From the NCBI GenBank assembly GCA_030592465.1, contig JAUVJB010000001.1, forward strand, positions 1 through 45,776: 45,776 nt of DNA, in the 5' to 3' direction. A program made the translations under genes and the position numbers. Source of the DNA: Bacteroidota bacterium (lineage in GTDB: Bacteria; Bacteroidota; Bacteroidia; Bacteroidales; B39-G9). The notes under the pieces are model-generated. The model saw nothing but the letters and a program-made list of their open reading frames with translations. It was not told the DNA's origin and made no database searches. Numbering within the stretch: position 1 is the first letter of the stretch; the number at the start of each line of letters is the position of its first letter. Positions 34,209 to 43,600 of this stretch are shown here, one piece after another.

Positions 34209-35552
34209 ATGCATCACAAAAATTATTTATTAATTATCTTTTTCTTTTGTAGTTTCGGCTTACACGCTCAAAATGAAAAATATGAAATTTTATTTATCGA
34301 GAATAAATTCGATGAGATTATAGAATTAGCCGACAGTAATATTACAACCGGCAGCAAGCTTTCGCAAGATTATTTTTGGAAAGCAACCGCACTCAATAAA
34401 ACAGGGAATTATAATCAGGCTGTAAATATTATAGAAACCGCATTAAAACTCTTCCCAAACGACAGTATAATAAAAGAATTTCTCGTTAATCTATATTTTG
34501 ATAACGGCATGTATATTAAAGCTAAGCCGCTTATTAACAGGCTTTTATGCAACGATTCTGCAAATTTTAATCTTATAAGTAAAAAGATAATAATTTTTGA
34601 GTTTAACAATAAATATAATGATGCAATATCATTATTAGAAAAACAAATATTGCGTGATACAACAAATACATTTTTGATGCTTCATTTAGCCGATAATTAT
34701 TACAAAATAGACAGTATAGATAATGCATTATTTTATTATGAGAAAGTATTTAAACAAAATCCGAATAATATAAAAATAGCATATAAAATTGCAAAAATTT
34801 ATTTAAAAGTTGACACAAAAATGGCTTTGCCTGTATGTGATTCTATAATTAAAAAAGATTCTTTAAACCTAGCTTTTATAAAAATAAAAGCTTATGCCTT
34901 AAAAAAATTAGATAGAAACAAAAAGGCATTAAAATTATTTGAAAATCTTAATAGTCTTGGAGATTCTTCATTTTCAACTTTAAAATATATCGGTATTTTA
35001 AGATATAAAACCAATGATTTTCACAATGCGAAAACAATCATGCAATCTGCATTAGCAATAGATTCTTCTGATGTAGATTTAACATATTTTTACGGATGTA
35101 CATTAGCGTCTGACACAAGCTATTACAAATTAGTAAAAGGAAAAACGTTAAAAGTAATAAAGTGTGCATTAGCAGCTGACTCAATCTATAAAAATAGACA
35201 AGAAGCTTGTTATTATATTAAAAAATCTATTGATTTATTAGCTCCACCATCTACATTATCAATTATTTATGCTCAATTAGGAGGCGTTTATAAAGAATTA
35301 AAGCAATATAAAAATGCTATAAATTATTATAAGCTTGCTTATAAAAACAATCCCAAGAGTTTGAATTTACTCTTTTTCATTGCATCAATTTATGAAATTA
35401 ATCTTTACGATAAAAAAACTGCTCTTAAAAAATATCAACAATTTGTTTCTAAAGCAAATGATATTCGCTTTCAATCTTATTATTTTGACTTAGCCAATCA
35501 CAGAATTAAACATTTGAAAGAAGACCTTTTTTTTACAGGAGATTTAAAATAA
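34209..35552 (+). CDS. Secreted tetratricopeptide-repeat protein
   Basis: Signal peptide MHHKNYLLIIFFFCSFGLHAQ and multiple TPR-like units (GNYNQAVNIIETALKLFPND, DNALFYYEKVFKQNPNN, KQYKNAINYYKLAYKNNPKS). Confidence 0.75.
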   Translation: MHHKNYLLIIFFFCSFGLHAQNEKYEILFIENKFDEIIELADSNITTGSKLSQDYFWKATALNKTGNYNQAVNIIETALKLFPNDSIIKEFLVNLYFDNGMYIKAKPLINRLLCNDSANFNLISKKIIIFEFNNKYNDAISLLEKQILRDTTNTFLMLHLADNYYKIDSIDNALFYYEKVFKQNPNNIKIAYKIAKIYLKVDTKMALPVCDSIIKKDSLNLAFIKIKAYALKKLDRNKKALKLFENLNSLGDSSFSTLKYIGILRYKTNDFHNAKTIMQSALAIDSSDVDLTYFYGCTLASDTSYYKLVKGKTLKVIKCALAADSIYKNRQEACYYIKKSIDLLAPPSTLSIIYAQLGGVYKELKQYKNAINYYKLAYKNNPKSLNLLFFIASIYEINLYDKKTALKKYQQFVSKANDIRFQSYYFDLANHRIKHLKEDLFFTGDLK

Positions 35553-35903
35553 TAAATTCAGCTAACATATAGCCGAAATTCATCTGGCGTTCGTTTTCAA
35601 CAAGTTTCCAACCGGCAAAAACGTCTCGTTTGGGCCTCTGTTACCATTTAGTTTTTTTATTTTACCGAAAAATTTTATCTGCAAATAAAAAAAACCACAA
35701 TAAACTTGCAAAAGTCAAAAAAAATCCTTATATTGTAAAAGGAATTTAAACTTTTTTTCTTATCTCATTAAAGATAACAATAATATTCCAAATTGATTCA
35801 CACATTTTCCTTGGATACAAATTTATAGATTCCTAAATAATTAATTTCAATATTAATAATACTTAGCAACATAGAGTTGTTATGTATAAATAATTCATTA
35901 ACA

Positions 35904-37280
35904 ATGAAATACAAAAGCTATACGTTAAATAATTTTAAAGATATACCACAAATAAGCAAATTAACAAAAGAGCAATTATTTGACATTGAGGTAGTTGGAA
36001 GGGTATTGCCATTTAAAACCAATAATTATGTTGTTAATAATCTTATTGACTGGGATAATTTTGAAAACGACCCAATGTTTATTCTTAACTTCCCACAAAA
36101 AGGAATGTTAATACCGGAACACTATAATATCATATCCGAATTATTAAAAAAGTCAGAAAATCCAACAGCCATAGCTAAAGCAGCTAATAAAATACGTTTA
36201 CAACTCAACCCTCATCCTGATGGTCAATCTCATAATGTTCCAATAGTTAAAGGGGGAAAACTACTTGGTATTCAACATAAATATCAAGAAACAATACTAT
36301 TTTTCCCAACTCAAGGACAAACATGTCATGCTTACTGCACATTTTGCTTTCGTTGGCCTCAATTTACTGGCACGAATAATTTAAAATTTGCCGCAAATCG
36401 CATCCAACTTTTAATCGATTACTTAAAACAACATCCTTCAATTACTGATATTCTTTTTACCGGTGGCGACCCAATGATAATGAAAACCGGAATTATTGAA
36501 ATATATATTAATTCATTATTAGAAGCAGATTTGCCTAATTTAAAAACCTTCCGAATAGGAACAAAATCTCTTAGTTATTGGCCTTATCGTTTTACTGAAG
36601 ATGATGACTATGAAGATTTGCTGCGACTTTTTGAAAAAGTAAATAATTCGGGTAAAAATTTAACAATAATGGCTCATATTAATCATTACACCGAATTAGA
36701 AACACAAGAAGTGCAAAAAGCCATAAAAAACATTCAAAACACCGGAACCATTATCAGATCTCAATCACCATTATTAAATCATATTAACGCTAAACCGGAA
36801 ATATGGCAACGCATGTGGAGTCAACAAGTAAATCTGGGAATAATTCCGTATTACATGTTTATTGCCCGCGATACAGGTGCTCAACATTATTTTGCTGTTC
36901 CATTAGTTAAAGCATGGAGTATTTTTAAAGATGCTTATTCAAAAGTGAGTGGAATATGCCGTACAGTCAGAGGTCCAAGCATGTCAACCGACCCGGGTAA
37001 AATTTTGATTAACGGCGTTAGTGAAATAAACGGTAAAAAGGTAATAGTACTAAGTTTCTTACAAGGCAGAAACCCTGACTGGGTAAATAAACCGTTTTTT
37101 GCTAAATATGACGATAAAGCAATTTGGTTAAACGATTTAGAACCTGCTTTTGATGAACAAAAATTCTTCTATGAAAAAGGCTTATTATTTGATAATAAAA
37201 TTAATATTTTAGAGTATGAGTTCAATTCAGAAAAACATTTATATGAAAAACTGAAAAAAATAGCAACAAATTTTAATTGA
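35904..37280 (+). CDS. KamA-family radical SAM aminomutase-like protein
   Basis: ORF trimmed to the ATG at 35904. CxxxCxxC cluster CHAYCTFCFRW preceded by HKYQETILFF. GGDP motif (LFTGGDPMI). IPYYMFIARDTGAQHYF corresponds to the YYLYQCD..G..HF region of lysine 2,3-aminomutase. A PGK segment lies near the position of the PLP lysine. Confidence 0.8.
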   Translation: MKYKSYTLNNFKDIPQISKLTKEQLFDIEVVGRVLPFKTNNYVVNNLIDWDNFENDPMFILNFPQKGMLIPEHYNIISELLKKSENPTAIAKAANKIRLQLNPHPDGQSHNVPIVKGGKLLGIQHKYQETILFFPTQGQTCHAYCTFCFRWPQFTGTNNLKFAANRIQLLIDYLKQHPSITDILFTGGDPMIMKTGIIEIYINSLLEADLPNLKTFRIGTKSLSYWPYRFTEDDDYEDLLRLFEKVNNSGKNLTIMAHINHYTELETQEVQKAIKNIQNTGTIIRSQSPLLNHINAKPEIWQRMWSQQVNLGIIPYYMFIARDTGAQHYFAVPLVKAWSIFKDAYSKVSGICRTVRGPSMSTDPGKILINGVSEINGKKVIVLSFLQGRNPDWVNKPFFAKYDDKAIWLNDLEPAFDEQKFFYEKGLLFDNKINILEYEFNSEKHLYEKLKKIATNFN

Positions 37281-37288
37281 CCCACGCT

Positions 37289-37359
37289 CTTTCGGATTTG
37301 TAATCCGAAAGTCTAAATAAACGAATGTAAACATAACTTTCGGATTGCAAATCCGAAAG
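37289..37359. repeat. Pair of 23-nt palindromes CTTTCGGATT(T)G(T/C)AA(A)TCCGAAAG, themselves in inverted arrangement
   Basis: 37289-37311 ctttcggatttgtaatccgaaag and 37337-37359 ctttcggattgcaaatccgaaag. The outer gctc/gagc extends the pairing. They lie directly after the KamA-like stop codon. Confidence 0.85.
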
Positions 37360-37646
37360 AGCAAGGAAGGGAAAATACATGTGCTAATACTGCATAGCGG
37401 TTGTAATAGATGGCTTTACTGTCCTTAACCCGAAAAATTAACTTCGTTGAGGGCTTCGCCGTTCATAATTTTTCTGACGATTAAGTAATACCAACAAATT
37501 TAGGGTTTTTAATAACCCCAAATTTGGGTATTACTAAATCGGGGTTTCCCGTATTGCTAACACACATCCCATCGCACATTCATACAATTCACTTCGTTTT
37601 TGTATGAATAATACGGGTTAAATTCTTAAATCTGAAATTTATTGCA

Positions 37647-37681
37647 TGAAAAAAAGGCACAAGAGAGAACACTTGTGCCTT
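37647..37681 (-). terminator. Rho-independent terminator of the 2,533-aa gene
   Basis: aaggcacaag(37654-37663)/cttgtgcctt(37672-37681) stem with an 8-nt loop, 10 nt past the stop, followed on the minus strand by T7 (plus-strand A-run 37649-37655). Confidence 0.75.
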
Positions 37682-37690
37682 CATTTATAA

Positions 37691-40600
37691 TTATTGTTTA
37701 ATAATTCTGTTAACTTTCTGATTGTTTCCTGACATAACTTTTAAATAATAAATGCCTGCCGGATAATTAGAAATATCAATATTTTCATGTAAATATTTTA
37801 CATTTTTAAATTTCTTCATAATAAGATTATTACCAACTACATCGAAAATTGAAATTGTAATATCCGAATATTTACTAATTGATAATTCCACATTAAAAAA
37901 TCCGTTTGATGGATTCGGGAAAACATTAATTGTTTCAACAGATTCAATATCAGATACATCTGTTAAATAAACAGGAACATTGATTAATAGAGTATCAGAA
38001 TTGCAATCGTTTGAAGCAATAAGCTGAACAGGATATGTACCTTCGTTATCATAAGTATGAACAGGATTTAATTCTTCGCTGATTTGTCCATCACCAAAAT
38101 CCCATTTAATATCAATTGCTCCTGTTGAGTAGTTTGAAAAACTAACTGTTTTTTCTGATATTGAAAAACTATAAATCGCATTCACAGCTTCACATGCAAT
38201 AACATTAATATTCATTGTAACAGAATCTCTACTGCAAATGTTATATGCAACAAGTGATACAGAATACATACCATTTTCTGTATAAATATGAGTTGGATTT
38301 TCGTCTTCAATAGTTTGTCCATCGCCAAAATACCATATATAACTTACAGCAAACTGCGATGTATTAGTAAATGCTAATTCTCCTCCATCAATAGAATATG
38401 TATATCCTGCAATTGCATTCCGGCATACCTTAATTTGTTTAAATATAGTATCATTATTACATTCATGATAAGCAATTAAAGACACATTGTAAGTTCCTGC
38501 AGAATCATATTTATGAACCGGATTTACGTCATAACTAATATTTTCATCACCAAAATTCCAATAATAACTGCTTGCATCTGTAGATTGATTTGTAAAACTT
38601 ATTTTAAAATCATCAAACGAATAATCAAATTCAGCATACGCTGTGCTTGTATTCTTTGTAACAATTATTGTATCGCTAACAATACCACAGTTTGAACTTA
38701 TCTGTACCGAATAGGTTCCGGCAACAGTTACAGGAATTGTTCTTGTTGTATCGCCTGTTGACCAAATGTATGTTCCATCAGATTGCCCGGCATCTAATAT
38801 AAAAATATCATTGCCACATATTGAAATATCTTCACCTAAATCAAAATTTTCTACAGAAATAAATTCATAAGCACCAATATCAGGACTATTAATATCTCTT
38901 AAATTACCATTAATATCGGTTGTTACATAATCTGTTGGCAATGCAGTACCATCTAATAAATAATTACAGGTTCGTAAATCATCATCGGAATAAAACACAG
39001 GGTCAATATTCAAACTATTATAATCTTGTGAATAGTTTGATTGTAGTGTAGTTAGATCAGCTATATATGTACCATTCCATCTTGCCAAATAACTTCCTGT
39101 TGTATTTAAAATATTATAGTCAGACTGATACGAATTACTTCCGCAATAACCATATATTGAATATCCTCCTGCATTATTAGAAAATATATTATTTAAAACA
39201 ACAAGACCATAACAATCATCAGTATAAAAACTTTTTGAATCGCTTGCTCCACCATATAGATTAACACTATTATTCAAGACATGAAGATTATTCAATTCGT
39301 CAGCATAAATCCCTATAAATGAAGAGTATGATGAAGTAAATGAGATACTGTTATTTGAAATTATTGAAGGAATTCCTTCGTTGGTATATGAATAGGCAAC
39401 ATATATTGCTATCTCTCCATTATATAAATCAATAAGATTATTTGAAATTTCGAATCTATTATTTATATAATTATCAAAATCTAAATATATTGCATTGTAA
39501 TAATCGTATGAATTGGAATTATTTGTAATCCGGTTGTTGTTTATTGTAATTCCATCAACATAATATGCTTCTATACCTATATAGTATTGTTCTGTGAATA
39601 TATTACCGGTAATTTCAATATTCTTATCGTATTTATTTAGGTCGTTATCTCCTTCCCAATAAATACCATAATCACCATTTTCAAAAATATTGTTTGAGAT
39701 AATATTATAATCATCGTTTTCTTCATTTGAATTATACTCGGAATAAATACAATATCCATTTTCAATTGGAGCAATAAATTTACAATTTGTAATTGTATTA
39801 TTGCATGCACCATTTTTGAATAAAATTCCATAATCTGAATTATCATAAATTTCAAATGTTATATTATCGAAAATAATATTATCTGCACCATTTAGAGAAA
39901 CTAAATATTCTGCATATTCATCGGTAAATATAACCGGATTGTTGTTTTCTGAAACTGAACGGAATGTAATGGTATTTTCTGATGAAACACCAAATATTTC
40001 AGGTATTTCAAAACTTTCATTATAAGTTCCTTCTTCAACATTAAATACTACTGCACTACAAATTCTCGGTGAATTTGTTAAAAAATTAACGGCTTCATTA
40101 AACGAATTAAAGTCGTTATTAATACTTTTCCCAATTGAATATTCACCTGATATTCCTTTTTCGAAATCTTTTTCAAACAAATCGTTTGAAGTATTTTCAT
40201 CAGTAGTGTTATTTGGAAAAGTTGTCCATGCTTTTAAAGTCAATAGTTGTTCGGAAGTAATATCGTAATCTCCTAGAAAAACAGTATCTGTTTTGTTTAT
40301 TTGCAGTTCTCCACTCCAATTTACAGCAGTTTTTAATGTATCATTTACCGACCAATTAACAACATCAGAAGTTAATATTTCAGTTCCGAAATTTGATATT
40401 ATTGCGTAAAAGTTATAATTACCGTTACATAATAAATCACTATCAGTAAATATTTCAATAATTCCCGCATCAATATTTCGTACTGAAAAAATAATTGCAC
40501 CCATATCAGGATTTACTGCATCCCTTTCATAACCATTAATATCATCAGTAATTAGAGCTACAGGACAGCCTGTATTATTTAACAAACTATTATTTGGTGT

Positions 40601-43600
40601 AAGATTGGTTATTGACGTATAATAAGGATTAGCTTGTACAGAATTTGAATCAATACCCGGGCATACTATTCTGTAATTTTCAATTGTGTTAATATTATAA
40701 CCGTTGATATTACATATAAAATCTCCGGAAGAATAAAGATCATTACAATCTGAGGTGTCAACCAATTCAGAAACAATAACATCTGAAAATAATGCATAAG
40801 CATTGCTATAATTAGCAAATATATTATTTATAAGAGTAGTGTTATTACAAGAAGACATTAAATTTATTGCTTTACTGACTTCATTACTATTTGATATATT
40901 TACACTATTATAATAAAAAGCAATGTAGCTGGAATTTTCAACTTTTATACCGGATGTTTCAAAGCCACCTTGCATTGTAATAAAATTATTAGCTACTATG
41001 CCTTTGTTTTCAAGAGTACATAATGTATTATTAAATCTAATTCCATAAACCTCATCAACTTCATTTCCTGATGTTAAAATTCTATTATTTCTTATGTTAA
41101 ACTCTGAATTAATATTATTGATATCAACTCCAAGTATTTTGGAGTTGACATTATTATTTAAAATGTTAAAGGTATCACTTGTTTCAATAATAATTCCGTT
41201 ATCAACCCCTGATATTTCATTTGATATAATTTCAGAATACAAACAATTATCTACATAAATTCCATTTTCCAAACTATTTATCTGGTTTGCTTCAATTGTT
41301 AAAGAATCCATATTGCTTATATGCAATCCTGAATTATTTTCCCGAAAAACATTATTATTTATTATCAGCCCTTTATTATTAAAAATTTCGTCTCCTGAAT
41401 AAATAATTCCATAATTTCCACCGCTGAATAAATTATTATTAAACTCCCAATTGTTTAAATCAGAATCAATGTTTGCAAGTATTAATTCATAATCTGTTTC
41501 GGTAGCATATTTTTGCCCTTCAAATACACAATTATTAAATTTTATACCATAAGTATCATACATTGAAATTACTCTTTGATAATTGCCTGTTGCTTTGAAT
41601 GTTATTTGATTGAATTCTATATTTCCAATTTCGTTTAAAAACATTACATAATTTGAATCGGAACTATTTGAAGCATAAGCTAATATTACTAACGAACTAT
41701 CCTGCGATTCGGAAATGAAAGTAAACAGCGAACTGCTGTCTGCCCCCGGAATGGAATCAATAATAATTTGTTCATTATAAATACCATCACGAATTAAGAA
41801 ATTGAATGTATTAGATTCATATACTCCTCCCAAATTAAAATAATCAGCAAGTTCAGTGAAATTTTCAAAATCAGGTTCAGTTCCACCAATGGTATATGTT
41901 CCTCCTTCTAAAACCCCGTATAAACTAACCTGTAAAGTATCGTTGCTATTTATACAATCGTTTGCTCCATTTGGCATACTTGACCAAACTTTAATATCAT
42001 ATACCTCACCGGCTTCAATGTTTATTGTGCCCGGATTTATTACTGAATCTCTTGTTATTTCTAAAGCTCCCACAAAATTATATGTTGTTTGAGCCACGCC
42101 ATTAACAGTCCAGCAAATATCAGCATTAAAAAGTGTATCAATACATAAATTTTTTATTGTGGTATAAATATTATAATCGCCGGCAAAATAAGGAGCAGAT
42201 TCGGTAGTGTAAATGGATGTTATTGCTGCATCAATTCCTTCAGGAGCAAAAAATTCATCACCACCAATATCAGGATGTTCCATATTTCTGACATCTCCAT
42301 CAATATCGTAGGATAATTCAGTATAAGTAACCGTATCTCCTGTTCTGTCTAAAATTTTGTTATACTCAGTTAAGTGAAGGTCGGTTTCCGAAATAAAATT
42401 CACATTTTCTGAGAATGAATGGCTGTCAAAACCATAGGACTGCCAATTGCTGAGAGTTGAATAATTTACATACGAAGAACTTCCGGTTCGCCTCCTGCCT
42501 GTTGTTTCTGCTACAATATTATTATAATCAGATAAAACTATCCTTGAACCACTATAATAATCAAAATATATTCCGTAACCATTAGGAGCAATAAGAATAT
42601 TGTTTTTTAATTTTATATTTAATGATGTACCTGCAAGACAGTAAGAATATCCAATGCCGTTATTCACAGAAGTATTATTAATAGTCCATTGATAATTACT
42701 ATTTCCAATATATATTCCAAAATTTGTAGTATGAGAACCTTCTACATACACAATATTACCGGCAACTAAACCATAATTATCAGATGTTCCATCACAAGCA
42801 TTAACATCAATTCCCATATATCTTGCTTTAACATTGTTATTAATTATTCTTAATCCATTATCGCAATTAAGAGCATATATCCCCAGATTAGTAGTTTTGC
42901 CAACATCAGTCTGAATAGTATTTGATGAAATAACAGGAGCATCCTGATATCTTAATTGAATAGCCCTGAAAGTTTGATCTTTGAATATATTATTTTCAAC
43001 AATTGTTCCCGGCTCTATATTGCTTGCATTATAACCATAATAAAATATGCCAAGATTGCCATATAAAACATAATTATTTTTAAACACATTATTTATATCT
43101 AAAGCATCGACTGAACTTGCAGAATAAATAACTGCATATTTTTCACTTTCGTTTGTAGTTTGATATCCCTGTAAAAAGCAATTTAATACCTGATTATTAT
43201 TTGCCCCATTTTTTATGGCAATAGCCTGCCCGCTCGAAGTTTGTATTATTGATAATTGTTTTATAGTTACAAAATCAGCTCCATTCAAATACAATACAGA
43301 ATTATTTGATATTCCATATTGAAGCACCACAGATGAACTATCGCCTGATTCTGATTGAAATGTTATGGTTTTTGTTTCATCAGCACCCTGAATTTCATTG
43401 ATTATAACACGTTCGTTATAAACTCCATCTCTGATATTAAAAATAACATTATTTGATATTCCATAATTATTCATTATTTCAACAGTATTTGAAAATGTTT
43501 CAAAATCAGGTTCTGTACCTCCAATTGTATAATTACCATCAAGGGCTGTATAAAAATCATAATTAACAGTATCATTCGCAGCATAAATATCTACTCCGCC

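Noticed and set aside
38513-42092. Small ORFs within the giant gene (38513-38695 +, 39637-39855 -, 41856-42092 +)
   Set aside because: They are nested in or antisense to the 2,533-aa reading frame, which is continuous and domain-consistent.
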